Positions 10,848 to 21,563 of a stretch of 64,000 nucleotides of DNA are shown here, in pieces (position 1 is the first letter of the stretch; every line of letters begins with the position of its first letter). The position numbers and the translations under genes are program-made. Location of the stretch: positions 248,001-312,000 of IMG/VR virus record IMGVR_UViG_3300032334_002567, one strand, 5' to 3'. A model generated the notes under the pieces. The model saw only the letters and a program-made list of their open reading frames with translations. It did not search any database and was not told where the DNA came from.

Positions 10848-11645
10848 TTAAACTAAAACTTTAAACCCTGCTGGCGGACTAGATATTGAGTTGTTTATTG
10901 ATATTTGACCAAATACCCCATCATAAGCATATGGACAAGCTCCCGGATAAACATCGCCAGTTATGGCTGATATGTCTATTCCACCTGTTGCTGTTTCTGG
11001 GTTTTGATTGTTGTCGCCATTCCAATCTCCACCATCAACTCTAAACCAAATCAAATTATTTACTCTATCAACTGCAACATCTATAACGCTGCCGTCTCTT
11101 TTAAAACTTAAGTCTAAACTAATTATATCATCACCATCAAACCAAACCCTGCCATCATCATAAAAACCAATAGTATTAGTGTCACTACCCAGATAATCAT
11201 TCATATCAGCTTCATGGTTTGATATGCCTACACCGGTATAGCCGTCAGTATTACCATAAACTGTTACCATGCTGAACACTACTTTTTCGCCACTCTTTAT
11301 TGCATAGTTTGTTAAAACTGATGTTTCGGTTTCATCAGCATCAGATGTGAACGAAGCGGTGCAATTATTATTGCTTAATTCTATGAACTCTCCAATATAA
11401 TTTGGATCAAAAGCAAAGGTGACAGCTTCAAATGTTCCAATTCCAAGTATGTCTTGGAACGTTGTGTCATTAAAAGTATCACCATCCTCAACAGCAACAA
11501 TAACCTTTCTATTGCCAGCGTTGTCTACTTCATACATGTTTACTGTGCGTTGTATGCTTTTACCATTCAATATAGATGAATCCAAACTACCTTCTGTAGT
11601 TGGATCAATGAGATCTGGGGTTATTTTAATGTTATAATTTGTCAT
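10848..11645 (-). CDS. SPRY/B30.2-like domain protein
   Basis: LSNNN.TA...GVG........YLG.D....G.Y.DG...VI.VAVD.....IWFR..GG.WN pattern. Confidence 0.7.
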   Translation of the reverse strand: MTNYNIKITPDLIDPTTEGSLDSSILNGKSIQRTVNMYEVDNAGNRKVIVAVEDGDTFNDTTFQDILGIGTFEAVTFAFDPNYIGEFIELSNNNCTASFTSDADETETSVLTNYAIKSGEKVVFSMVTVYGNTDGYTGVGISNHEADMNDYLGSDTNTIGFYDDGRVWFDGDDIISLDLSFKRDGSVIDVAVDRVNNLIWFRVDGGDWNGDNNQNPETATGGIDISAITGDVYPGACPYAYDGVFGQISINNSISSPPAGFKVLV

Positions 11646-11692
11646 ATAATCCTTTAATGTTGCATTTGCAAGGCCTATACAGTTTATATATT

Positions 11693-11878
11693 ATGAACAA
11701 ACCAGATAAAAACAGTAAAAAAATTGAAGAAGTTATAAAGATGTGCCAAGCCGCTATATCAAAACAAATAGATAAAAACAAAAAAGGCGGATTCGGAATA
11801 GATGACTATACAGATGGTCGAATCATAGGCGGTGCCAGCTTAGCTAGAAATATACTAAGACTTCTTAGCACATTATAA
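11693..11878 (+). CDS. hypothetical protein
   Basis: ORF from ATG 11693 after a TATATA box. Confidence 0.5.
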   Translation: MNKPDKNSKKIEEVIKMCQAAISKQIDKNKKGGFGIDDYTDGRIIGGASLARNILRLLSTL

Positions 11879-12110
11879 GAATATCTATGAAGCGTCATTC
11901 CTATTTAAATACCTATCCCAAAAATAAATAAATATAGGAATAAAAAGTTCTATAAATAATATACCACAAATTATTGATAATATCTCATTCATGATTTCTT
12001 CTTTTAAAAAAGCCCCCTTCGGGAACCTAATTATTAATTTGGAGACTTTTACACCAAAAATATCACCACCCCCCCTAAATATAGTAAAATCAATAAATTT
12101 GGAGATATTT

Positions 12111-12869
12111 ATGAAATCATTTTCTGAAATGCTAAAAATATTAGAAGAAAGCAATCTATCATCGGGTCCTGTAAAAGACTTTCTTAAATCTACAAGCCGT
12201 CAAAACGACTATCGATTTTCAAGTCGCCAAGGCTTGCGACCTGCCGCCGATGTGAGACGCAGAGCAGCAAGATTTGCTGGACTTCCTACAGAGAAAAAAG
12301 ATGATAAATCACTACAAATAAAGAGCAGCTTTGAAAGATTAAGACATCATCTCACTACAGTTGGCGGCGATCTTAAAAAAGAACTTTCTAAAGCCAGAGT
12401 AAAGGGCATGTATCCAGACCTTTTTCCAAGTGAAAACGATATTTTTGCCGGGTTCACCCCAGAACAAATCAGAATGCTACAAACAGCGATAAAAAATAGT
12501 TACAGTTTTGGTGGTTCAAGAGGAATGGGGTCATCCCCTTTAAATAGAGAAATTGATAGCAAGGTAGGTTTGATAAAATTTAAAAGAGCTGCTGCTAGGG
12601 TTCCTTTTGAAGTTCGTCTTCAAAAAGCCGCAGAGGAAAGTGGCACGTTTGTTAGTGTAGACATGGATGAAGATGAATTAAAACAATATGACATAAGGGA
12701 TTACGATGGTCAAGAAATTATAATGCCAAAAGATTTAGATCCAAGCTCGCCAAAATATAAAGATACAATAATTCTATTGAAGAAAAAAGGATTTTTGGGA
12801 CCGGATGCTAAAGAACTAAGCTCTCATAGAACGATAAAATGGCTTAAACAAAACGGATATTGGCAGTAA
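12111..12869 (+). CDS. hypothetical protein with N-terminus resembling a T4 capsid-targeting sequence
   Basis: GGAG RBS before ATG 12111; MKSFSEMLKILEE resembles T4 internal-protein MKTYQEFIAE. Confidence 0.6.
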   Translation: MKSFSEMLKILEESNLSSGPVKDFLKSTSRQNDYRFSSRQGLRPAADVRRRAARFAGLPTEKKDDKSLQIKSSFERLRHHLTTVGGDLKKELSKARVKGMYPDLFPSENDIFAGFTPEQIRMLQTAIKNSYSFGGSRGMGSSPLNREIDSKVGLIKFKRAAARVPFEVRLQKAAEESGTFVSVDMDEDELKQYDIRDYDGQEIIMPKDLDPSSPKYKDTIILLKKKGFLGPDAKELSSHRTIKWLKQNGYWQ

Positions 12870-13065
12870 GATTTTACTTCATGTCCCGCCAACCACCACT
12901 AGTATCCTGAACATTTATAGCATCAGGAGATATTTCCTTATCTCCAACATACTTCCAAGCTCTAGGCTTCGCCCTACCCTCCGCAGTCCTTTTCATAATA
13001 GACCTTACATACTTTCAAGAAAACTCTGAAATGATAAGTCGCTCATAGTTTTATATACGAACTTA

Positions 13066-13911
13066 TTATCTTTTGTTCTTTCTTGTTGATCTGTATTTAT
13101 TGTTTTTTGCTATGATGCTATATGGCTTTTTCTCAATTTTCTCAATTTTTTCTATAGTTTTTGCTTTTTTATTCTTAACTTTATCTATAGTCGTTATTTT
13201 CTTATATTCCTCTGCGTTTATTAATACCTTATCATTTAAACCATTCTTCAATAGGTTTTTCATAAAGTCTTGTCTATAAATTTCAGATCTACCGCACAAA
13301 TGAACAAACAGAGCATCCTGTATAGGGTAGAAACGTTCTAAACAATTTAGGACATATGGTTTGTGTATAATAATTCTATCTAAATTATTAGGTATAATTT
13401 TCTCAACCATCACCCTTTGCTCATATGGGAATATTCTCCACATTTTATCATTGCGTAGATCCCAGATATCTGACTCAATTTTAATTGCTGCCTTGCTTAC
13501 AAATTTGACTCCTGTATTAACTTTGTTTTCTGTTTTTATTTTATATTTGAAGTCCCACACAGAAGGATAATCTTTTTCTGGCTTTTCATAAAACAAATGA
13601 TATAGTATATTATTATCTGATAAATCAATCGTTTCTTCTATTCTAAGGTTCATGCGATTCGCAAAGATGTCAGTATCAAGCCATACAAACCATTTCGCAT
13701 TAGGAAATCTTAGTGATGCTCTTTTTAGTATTTCACACCTTCTATAGTGTAATTGATGAACCTCTTTTTCAATCGGTTCTAACTCATCATAATAAAAATC
13801 ATAATCGTTTAAAGAGCAATAATGATCAATGGTTTTACGAGTGTTAACTGCAAACTCCACATCAAGCGGCCAATGACCACTAACTAATACAATATCACCT
13901 TTTTTATACAT
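13066..13911 (-). CDS. glycosyltransferase, GT34 (GMA12/MNN10)-like
   Basis: YC..NDY.F, WFVWLDTD (DxD), NTGV, YEQ, FVHLCG. Confidence 0.8.
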   Translation of the reverse strand: MYKKGDIVLVSGHWPLDVEFAVNTRKTIDHYCSLNDYDFYYDELEPIEKEVHQLHYRRCEILKRASLRFPNAKWFVWLDTDIFANRMNLRIEETIDLSDNNILYHLFYEKPEKDYPSVWDFKYKIKTENKVNTGVKFVSKAAIKIESDIWDLRNDKMWRIFPYEQRVMVEKIIPNNLDRIIIHKPYVLNCLERFYPIQDALFVHLCGRSEIYRQDFMKNLLKNGLNDKVLINAEEYKKITTIDKVKNKKAKTIEKIEKIEKKPYSIIAKNNKYRSTRKNKR

Positions 13912-14225
13912 AAAATCCTTGATATGTGATAAATTATATTTTATATATGAACTTTAGACTATTTATCTCTTGATGGCATTTGTGACTTGGCCCGTACCAC
14001 ACATACAAAAAATCAAAGATTATATACAGGATAGATAGTTCAACAATCCAAAGCACTATAAACCGGACCATCATTATTTGTCATAAATTCTCCTAATAAT
14101 GGATATCTATCACATCAATATAAAGAAATATTTTGTGTAACAGTTTTTAAATCAATTGGTGAAGCACTATTAAATATATTGTATAAAAAAAGACGGGGGC
14201 ATATATAAGTCAAAAGAGGTATATC

Positions 14226-14285
14226 ATGACATATAATAACAATGATGGGCCGGTTTATGCTAATTTTCATGAAATAATTAAATGA
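14226..14285 (+). pseudogene. truncated DGPIY-leader cassette remnant
   Basis: MTYNNNDGPVY then stop; preceded by the same GGGGCATATATAAGTCAAAAGAGGTATATC block as 17737 and 18762. Confidence 0.65.
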
Positions 14286-15175
14286 AATTTAAAATAATAC
14301 TCAAAACAAAAAATGAAGATAACCTAATAGACATTTGGATAAAATACTACTCCAAAATGGTAGGCAAAGAAAATCTAATCATATTTGATAACAATAGTAC
14401 CAGCCAAAAAGTTTTAGATGTTTACAAACAACACTCAATAGAACCAATAGCTATTGAAAATCCAAATTCAATTAATTTTTTTCATAGACATGCAAATTTT
14501 TATGAAAACATATTTTCTAATTGTGATGCTTTTGCTATTTTAGATACAGATGAATTTTTGTGTGTTTATGAAGATGGTGTATTCAGAGCAGATAAAGTTT
14601 TAGACACAATACAAAACTCTGAAGCTCAAGTTCTTGGTTCTATTTGGCTAGACCAAATGCATCTAAGCGACAGTATTGAATACTTTTTACCAAATAAAAA
14701 CTGGAAAATTGATCACAATAAAAAATATGGTAAATCTATATTTAAAACATCTTATACAGAAATTAAAAATTATATTTATGGACATAATATATGTTGCAAA
14801 GATGCAGATACAAATACCAATTTAATTTTATTGCATCTAGATAGAACAAACCCTGAAATTAGAATTAAAAATTGCATTGACCTAAGTATAATAGAAAGTA
14901 ATAATCATCAGAAGAAAGAATTGTTTGATGAACTTCAAAACATTAAGCTGACAGGCAAAGCAAGTAATTGGTTTCTAGATAGCAATTTTCCTGATAATTT
15001 TATGACAGGGGTTCATAAATTAAGAGAAATACAAGAATATTATCGAGATAGATATTCTTATTTAAAAAAACGCTATGGAACAAGCGAAGAATATATCAGA
15101 ACAAATGTAATCAATCATTATATTTACGGAGAACAACATAAGCAAGAGATTTTTTATAGAGACAAATTTTTTTAA
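14282..15175 (+). CDS. glycosyltransferase family 2-like (Glyco_tranf_2_4)
   Basis: KNE...I..WI.YY, FDNNST, LDTDEF, GKSIF, GHN. Confidence 0.8.
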   Translation: MKFKIILKTKNEDNLIDIWIKYYSKMVGKENLIIFDNNSTSQKVLDVYKQHSIEPIAIENPNSINFFHRHANFYENIFSNCDAFAILDTDEFLCVYEDGVFRADKVLDTIQNSEAQVLGSIWLDQMHLSDSIEYFLPNKNWKIDHNKKYGKSIFKTSYTEIKNYIYGHNICCKDADTNTNLILLHLDRTNPEIRIKNCIDLSIIESNNHQKKELFDELQNIKLTGKASNWFLDSNFPDNFMTGVHKLREIQEYYRDRYSYLKKRYGTSEEYIRTNVINHYIYGEQHKQEIFYRDKFF

Positions 15176-15199
15176 GAGAAATAATGAGCCATATAAATA

Positions 15200-15421
15200 A
15201 TGAGCCACATATTAGATTTAAAATTTAAATACCACTTAATCATCAATGTTGATAAACAGCTGATTTTTGATGGACCAGATCCTGAAAGACCTTGGTTTTC
15301 TTCTATTGCAATGAATATTAAATTGGTTGATGAAGAAAATAAAGAAATTTTTTTAGACCAACAACAAAAAGATGAAATAATATCTACTCTTTCAAAAATA
15401 GGAAGCATAAATGGAAATTGA
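15200..15421 (+). CDS. hypothetical protein
   Basis: 73-aa ORF overlapping the next gene. Confidence 0.5.
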   Translation: MSHILDLKFKYHLIINVDKQLIFDGPDPERPWFSSIAMNIKLVDEENKEIFLDQQQKDEIISTLSKIGSINGN

Positions 15422-17630
15422 AGTAGAAAACGATTTTAACGAAGAATTCTATGAATTAGTCTTACCTGAGGTACAGGACTATTACAAAGGTTCCCAATTA
15501 TCGAAACGAGAAAGATACTACCATCATTATTTGAATTACGGACAGCATCTTTACAAGAATTGCACGGAAGCAGAGAAAAAACTGTTTGGAGACATTGAAG
15601 TAAAAGATAACTTCAATGAAGATCTTCACGAGAAGAGGCATCCGGAAGTTAAAGAATATATGATCTATATGGGCGATTGGGTAGCACAATTGTCTAAAAG
15701 AAAAAGATACTACCACCATTACTTTAACTATTGTGTGCCTGGTTGCGATACTTCTTCATTGAAAGAAATTAAAGAATATACACAAAATATAAGAAAAAAA
15801 TTGATCGAGAACCAAGAACTATACGAAAAACATAAAGGATCAATTGTTCTTGTTAATCATGTTTCTAATCCTTATGGAGCCACACATTATCTATTAAGCT
15901 TATTCAAGTTGCTTAAAAAAGAAGGAGTTAAAGTCTGTTTATTAGATGAAATAGTAAATGAGAAACTTTACTCAAAATATCAAATAGATACAAAAGATGT
16001 GATTTCATACGAACAAGATCTATTATTCCTCTGTTATATCTACGAAAAAATCAAACCCAAGGTTTTTTACTTAAACTCGATAAGAGGCATATTTGTAGAT
16101 TTCATCAATTTGAAAAATCCGAATGTGATTACACACAGTCATGAAATAGCAGATGTATACGGACGATATGACTTGTTACCGACTTATGTCGTATCCAAAA
16201 GAATCCAAAAGGAATTTGAAGACCAATGTAACCATAAACCAAAAATTCAACCCCCAATATTTTTAGATGAAACTCTTGAACTCATAGACAAAGAGTTTAA
16301 CAAGAAATTACCGAAAGTTTCAAATAGCAAAGGCGACATGGATCTTTCCAAAATAACTATCGGAATGTGCGGCCAGACCGAGACTAGAAAAAACCCAGAG
16401 CTTTTTGAAGCAGTCTCAAAATTATACCCGCAATACAATTTTTTATGGATAGGCGGAGAAAAAGGACACTTCACAGACAGCCATAATCTGTACCATGTTC
16501 CTGTAGTGCAGTTCCCTTTTGTCTACTATAAGCTAATAGACTATTTTATTCTATTTTCTCAGGAAGACCCTTGTCCATATGTGGTATTAGAAAATTTGTA
16601 TGTCAATAATAAAGTAATTACATTCAAAGATAACATATATACCGACCATAAGTGCGAACAAACAAAAGACATATATTTTGAATTTGATGGAAAAGTATCA
16701 CTTGAAAATTTGTGTAAGGTTATAGACCATCAAGTTATTGAAAAAACAAATAGAAAAGGAAATGGTAAAAAATACGTAATAGACAATTTTACTTCAATAA
16801 ATATAAATTGTCTAATTGAAGACATGGAATATTTTATGGTATGTCACGATCAAGAAATAATAATCAAACACATATCTGATAATAACCACAACAATTTTCA
16901 TTATATGTTTGTTGGAAATAAAAATTCAGATAAACTTAATAATACAGATAATAAAATTACGATCTGCCATGAACTGCCTAAGAATTTGGAACAATATCCT
17001 AATTTATGTAGTTTTACCGCATGGTATGCTATTTCTAAAAATTATTTTTCAAAGAATAAAAAAATATGCTTATTAGAGTATGATGTCAACTTATCTGATC
17101 AATTTTATGCATATCATGAAAAAGAAGTATGTAATCATATAGATGATCAAACAGTGGTTGCTTATTTCTATACTTTAACAGATCATTATGTATTTTATAA
17201 AAGCACTCCATATCTTGAAATAGCCTTAAAAAAGATCTATGATATAGATCTTAATAGTTTTGTTCAAAAATTTAAGAGCCAATATCCTTTATGGCCAAAC
17301 ACAACCAATATGTGTATGAGCAAAAATACATTAGATAAATTTGTAGACTGGTTTTTGCCTATGACCGATCTCTTTAAAGAAGATCCATTGGGATCTTATG
17401 TTCATGAAAGGGCGTTTTTTATTTTTTGTGTAATAAATAATATCGAGATTAAATATGTCAAAAGTCCAATATTATCACATAATCAACAGGCATCTCACCA
17501 AAACTTCGATGTTTACGGCAAAGTATTGAATATGTATAAAACTACAGTCTTAAACCAAGATATGATCTCTGATTATGACGAGATTTATGAGGAAGCATAC
17601 CGAATTAGCCTAATTAATTGTTCAAAATAA
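15411..17630 (+). CDS. multidomain glycosyltransferase (GT-B-like plus a second GT-like domain)
   Basis: N-terminal FNE..Y....PEV..RYYHHY repeats; H.S.PYGA, RKNPELF, S.EDPCP.V.LE GT4-like motifs; C-terminal LEYD...HER domain. Confidence 0.75.
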   Translation: MEIEVENDFNEEFYELVLPEVQDYYKGSQLSKRERYYHHYLNYGQHLYKNCTEAEKKLFGDIEVKDNFNEDLHEKRHPEVKEYMIYMGDWVAQLSKRKRYYHHYFNYCVPGCDTSSLKEIKEYTQNIRKKLIENQELYEKHKGSIVLVNHVSNPYGATHYLLSLFKLLKKEGVKVCLLDEIVNEKLYSKYQIDTKDVISYEQDLLFLCYIYEKIKPKVFYLNSIRGIFVDFINLKNPNVITHSHEIADVYGRYDLLPTYVVSKRIQKEFEDQCNHKPKIQPPIFLDETLELIDKEFNKKLPKVSNSKGDMDLSKITIGMCGQTETRKNPELFEAVSKLYPQYNFLWIGGEKGHFTDSHNLYHVPVVQFPFVYYKLIDYFILFSQEDPCPYVVLENLYVNNKVITFKDNIYTDHKCEQTKDIYFEFDGKVSLENLCKVIDHQVIEKTNRKGNGKKYVIDNFTSININCLIEDMEYFMVCHDQEIIIKHISDNNHNNFHYMFVGNKNSDKLNNTDNKITICHELPKNLEQYPNLCSFTAWYAISKNYFSKNKKICLLEYDVNLSDQFYAYHEKEVCNHIDDQTVVAYFYTLTDHYVFYKSTPYLEIALKKIYDIDLNSFVQKFKSQYPLWPNTTNMCMSKNTLDKFVDWFLPMTDLFKEDPLGSYVHERAFFIFCVINNIEIKYVKSPILSHNQQASHQNFDVYGKVLNMYKTTVLNQDMISDYDEIYEEAYRISLINCSK

Positions 17631-17736
17631 TGTTATCTTCCAATAATGGATATCTATCACATCAATATAAATGTGTAACAGTTCTTTAATGATATAAAAA
17701 AGGATGGGGGCATATATAAGTCAAAAGAGGTATATC

Positions 17737-17844
17737 ATGACATATAATAACGAAGATTGGCCGATTTATAGTGTTTTGAATGGTAAACCAGGTTATGTTT
17801 ATGACTATTTTGGTAATTGCAATGCTCAGGGATATCCAATATGA
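17737..17844 (+). pseudogene. short DGPIY-leader cassette (35 aa)
   Basis: MTYNNEDWPIYSVLNGKP leader with the conserved upstream block; body truncated. Confidence 0.65.
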
Positions 17845-17996
17845 ATGAAGCTGCCAAATGGCTGGGCCTGCCCACGCCGCTGCCGCATGAGGACGCCACC
17901 AACGAAGCCGACAAGCCGACTTTGACGCCAGAGCAGGAGGCCCGCGTGCGTGAGATTTACGCCGACGATATCTCGCTCTGGGAAAATCTTCAATAA
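17841..17996 (+). pseudogene. C-terminal fragment of a sulfotransferase-like paralog
   Basis: AKWLGLPTPLPH...KPTLT.EQ...REIY.DD..LWE matches the C-termini of 5116 and 19711; locally high GC. Confidence 0.7.
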
Positions 17997-18044
17997 TATA
18001 TAAAACTTAAAAATATAATTCTAAATAAAAAGAAGTAAAAACCT

Positions 18045-18617
18045 TTAAAAATTACCGCAAGTCTCATACATCGCTTCGTGGTGTTGATAATTATCTCCAT
18101 TATAAAATAAGTGAAACAAGGTTCCTATGCATGTAGAAGATAAAGTTGATGAGTTATTATTATAAAATGAAATTAATGTTGATTTTGTTTCTTCACAATT
18201 AATACCATTAGGCCAAACTAATGGATTTGGTGTTGAAACACTAGAAGATATGGTAGTAAATGTAAGAGGGCTATAATCTTCTGTCGTATCTGCACTAACG
18301 CCAACTTTAACGGTTCTTGTTTTAAAATTAACATATCCAAGATGATCATAATCTGGAGTATAAAGAGTTAATGCTTTATGTTCAACTATCTCAAACACAA
18401 ATGCCCAGCCAGGAGATGAACTCAAACTTGGTCCCCACGCTGCTTGAACAACTGCTGCATAAGCACCAATTGTAATGTCTCCACAAGTTAAAGGATTGTT
18501 ATACTCCCATGCCGTTCCATAATAAGTATCTTGCTGATTCCATCTAAATTCGTAGTTTTGAGGGTCCGCAGGAGACCACTTCCCACTCAACATACTATAA
18601 ATTGGTCCATCACTCAT
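18045..18617 (-). CDS. DGPIY-leader family protein (inverted copy)
   Basis: starts MSDGPIYSMLSGK. Confidence 0.75.
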   Translation of the reverse strand: MSDGPIYSMLSGKWSPADPQNYEFRWNQQDTYYGTAWEYNNPLTCGDITIGAYAAVVQAAWGPSLSSSPGWAFVFEIVEHKALTLYTPDYDHLGYVNFKTRTVKVGVSADTTEDYSPLTFTTISSSVSTPNPLVWPNGINCEETKSTLISFYNNNSSTLSSTCIGTLFHLFYNGDNYQHHEAMYETCGNF

Positions 18618-18761
18618 AACTCCCCCTTTTTAACTATGTATGATATTACAATATTAAAATTGTCCTGATATATGTCGAATTTATTTTCAAATTGTAACTT
18701 ATATAAAAGTTTTTGATGATATAAAAGATAGGGGGCATATATAAGTCAAAAGAGGTATATC

Positions 18762-19700
18762 ATGACATATAATAATGATGGTCCAATTTATAGTGTTTTA
18801 AGTGGAAAACCTCTTTTGTTCTCTGGTTTTGAGAAATACTCAATCAACAGAGGCGGCAGTATTGGGACTATTCAATACCCCGCAACTTGGTCAAGCACCA
18901 GCAATTCTTTTACTTTCACAGCCAATCCCAATAGGTCGCTTGACGTTGTTTTTACTCTCAGCGGAACCTCTTCCCTGACCGCCACTGTGCCTGCTCCCAG
19001 CTATTCCAACAGTTATTATAGACCTCGCATTCGCTCTTATAGTAACAACGGCGGGGATTTAGACAAAGACGGGTGGTACAACTACGGCAACTGGCCGTCA
19101 CTTCCTACTAGTCTGAATGCTGGTTCCTACTGGGTCGATGCTCCGGTTACTGGTGACGGCGGTTATCCCACTGCGCATACAATCACCCTCCAGTTTGCCA
19201 ACTCTGTGCTTACCAGTGCGAAACCGCGTGATATTTACACAGACTACACCCAATCCACACCAGCAGCGCAAGTTAGTGTAAGCGGTCTGGTGACATCGTT
19301 TACGGTTGCCCCCAACGCACAGCCTGGAAAGGTGTTCTTTACTGTACCGGCGGGTTCCGCGCGATCAGTGACTTTTGCCGACACTAGAGTTGCCTATACC
19401 CATCCGATCTCCACGCACTATATCGCAATCAGCAATGTCAATAGAATCTACGATCTCGACGAAAATCGGGGCATAATTCGCTCTGTTGTCAACTATTCAA
19501 ACTCTGGTTGGTATCTTGATGGCACCGGCACTTATTCATCGCCCTATACAGGAAATTCTAACACTATCAATAGTTCTGATTACTTCAAAACTAAGACTAT
19601 GACTCTCAATCCCGGCGATTACATAGTTGATCTGCGGGCTGGCTACGACAGCACCGGATACCCCGGCACCGGATACACCGGGACAATCACAATCACATGA
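18762..19700 (+). CDS. DGPIY-leader family protein, beta-rich body
   Basis: starts MTYNNDGPIYSVLSGKP; S/T/G/Y-rich body. Confidence 0.8.
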   Translation: MTYNNDGPIYSVLSGKPLLFSGFEKYSINRGGSIGTIQYPATWSSTSNSFTFTANPNRSLDVVFTLSGTSSLTATVPAPSYSNSYYRPRIRSYSNNGGDLDKDGWYNYGNWPSLPTSLNAGSYWVDAPVTGDGGYPTAHTITLQFANSVLTSAKPRDIYTDYTQSTPAAQVSVSGLVTSFTVAPNAQPGKVFFTVPAGSARSVTFADTRVAYTHPISTHYIAISNVNRIYDLDENRGIIRSVVNYSNSGWYLDGTGTYSSPYTGNSNTINSSDYFKTKTMTLNPGDYIVDLRAGYDSTGYPGTGYTGTITIT

Positions 19701-19710
19701 GGTGCAGCCA

Positions 19711-20223
19711 ATGAGAGGCGCAAAAATCACACTACCAAATGGGAAAAAGTTTGCTCTGGTACCTCGTAGCGGAAGCTACAGTATCATATGGCAAGCTTTA
19801 CCGACATCTCTAAGAAATCCAGTTGGAGAAAGATGGCATCCTATTAATGCTACTACTCACACTATAGGCTCACCATTAAATAGCGACGATATTTCTGGCT
19901 TATGTTGTTTAGTTAGAGATCCTATTGAAAGATTTAAATCAGCTTGTGCTAGACAACAAAAAACTGTAGAAGAAGGGCTTAACCTAATCGAAACTGATGT
20001 CCACTTTTGGACACTGAAATCTATGGGACTACTGACTGATGGAATAACCCACTTTCGCTTTCCTGATCAAATAGATGATTGTGCGCAATGGTTGGGGTTA
20101 GAGACTCCTGTGCCAATATTGAATAACGAACCTGAAGAAGGCAAGCCAGTTCTAACCGAAGACCAGAAGATTCTTATTCGTGAAGCATACTCTTCTGATG
20201 TAACTTTGTGGGAATCTTTATAA
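19711..20223 (+). CDS. sulfotransferase-like protein (paralog)
   Basis: PRSGS, RDPIERFKSACAR, VHFWTL; start moved to ATG 19711 after GAGG. Confidence 0.65.
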   Translation: MRGAKITLPNGKKFALVPRSGSYSIIWQALPTSLRNPVGERWHPINATTHTIGSPLNSDDISGLCCLVRDPIERFKSACARQQKTVEEGLNLIETDVHFWTLKSMGLLTDGITHFRFPDQIDDCAQWLGLETPVPILNNEPEEGKPVLTEDQKILIREAYSSDVTLWESL

Positions 20224-20239
20224 AAAGGAAAAAATTATT

Positions 20240-20584
20240 ATGGTATATGATACTGATGGGCCGATTTATAGCATGTTAACAGGGAAACCTGACCCATTCT
20301 GTTATTTTTGTGACAGTAACCAGGACGGACCTTATGCAACATGCGGACAAGGACCGCCAAACGGATACTTTAACGGATTTCTTACCAGTGCTGAACGAGA
20401 TAGTTGGTGTTATAGCCCGGTATTTAGAACCTATTGCAACCCTGAAATGGGATGTAGAGATTGCTGTTACTATGGGGACTGCATTGGGAACGCACATTCT
20501 TGCAGTTCTCGCGAAGCACTAGGATATACAGTTTACACGAATGACAACTGCAATGGCGTTGGATGGGGCCAGCCTTGTTCATGA
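20240..20584 (+). CDS. DGPIY-leader family protein, Cys-rich
   Basis: MVYDTDGPIYSMLTGKP followed by many Cys. Confidence 0.75.
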   Translation: MVYDTDGPIYSMLTGKPDPFCYFCDSNQDGPYATCGQGPPNGYFNGFLTSAERDSWCYSPVFRTYCNPEMGCRDCCYYGDCIGNAHSCSSREALGYTVYTNDNCNGVGWGQPCS

Positions 20585-20612
20585 GTTCAACAGTCATTTA
20601 AGGGGTTTAATT

Positions 20613-20987
20613 ATGGTATATGATGATAATGGGCCGATTTATAGCATGTTAAATGGTAAGCCTTGCTCAACAGACTTTTATAGCACAAATTTAAGAGATC
20701 CTGGTTGTCCATGTAGGTGTCTTTGGTTAGTAGGCTATGAAGCAACATACGTGAACAATGCCACAAGTTGTCCACCAGGAGGTTATGTTAATAATGGTTC
20801 TTTGGGTGAAGATAATTATTACAGTTGCTATGTGGTGGCAGACTGCAATTGCAGTAGTCCTTCGTTTTCAGCACCAGGATCAATTTTCACTCAACTTGAT
20901 CCAATGATAGGTGCTTGCAATGGTACTTACGGTATGCAGTGTGGAGTTTGCATTGAAGGACAATGCGCTTATGCAAGCATAGAGTAG
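20613..20987 (+). CDS. DGPIY-leader family protein, Cys-rich
   Basis: MVYDDNGPIYSMLNGKP from ATG 20613. Confidence 0.75.
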   Translation: MVYDDNGPIYSMLNGKPCSTDFYSTNLRDPGCPCRCLWLVGYEATYVNNATSCPPGGYVNNGSLGEDNYYSCYVVADCNCSSPSFSAPGSIFTQLDPMIGACNGTYGMQCGVCIEGQCAYASIE

Positions 20988-21029
20988 ACATCCTATTGGA
21001 ATAAAAATATAAATTAAAAGAGGTATATC

Positions 21030-21563
21030 ATGACATATAATAACGAAGATGGGCCGATTTATAGCATGTTGAGTGGAAAATGTAGTAGTGGATTTGTTTT
21101 ATCCAATTTCCCAGTGCCTAATTGCAACCTAGAAAGTTATCTCTTTAGTTATCAGAATTGCTACGAAGCAGTAAGTGGCTCGGGAGCAAGCGTCACTCAG
21201 AACGGTGACGGAGACATGTTTGACTATGGAAGTCCAAATGGAACCTACAATTTTAGTCCAGATGCTTTCGGGCAAGGAATTGATGGAAGCGAATCCGGCT
21301 ATTTACGCACAGGAAATAATGGCTACTTATTTATGCACAATAAAGATTATTCCTGTAGTGAAGACGGATATACTGGAGAGTTTTGGGTTTTCTTTAAACC
21401 AGGTTGTGATAGTTGGATTATAGCTACAGCACCAGGAACAAGAGGAAACTTCCCTACAACTGGTTGGACATTAACTCAAAAAGCTTTGGGCGTATATAGA
21501 GGTTGCGAAGGATGTGGTGCTAATGATCCAACATCTTTTAATTTGACTTTTAATTGTCTGTAA
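21030..21563 (+). CDS. DGPIY-leader family protein
   Basis: MTYNNEDGPIYSMLSGKC. Confidence 0.75.
   Translation: MTYNNEDGPIYSMLSGKCSSGFVLSNFPVPNCNLESYLFSYQNCYEAVSGSGASVTQNGDGDMFDYGSPNGTYNFSPDAFGQGIDGSESGYLRTGNNGYLFMHNKDYSCSEDGYTGEFWVFFKPGCDSWIIATAPGTRGNFPTTGWTLTQKALGVYRGCEGCGANDPTSFNLTFNCL

Noticed and set aside
60-18750. T4-type late promoters (TATAAATA-like boxes before left-arm genes)
   Set aside because: Plausible, but the matches are variable and the region is too AT-rich to call by eye.
18045-21563. Diversity-generating retroelement or shufflon behind the variable genes
   Set aside because: No reverse transcriptase, TR/VR pair or recombinase is visible in the window.
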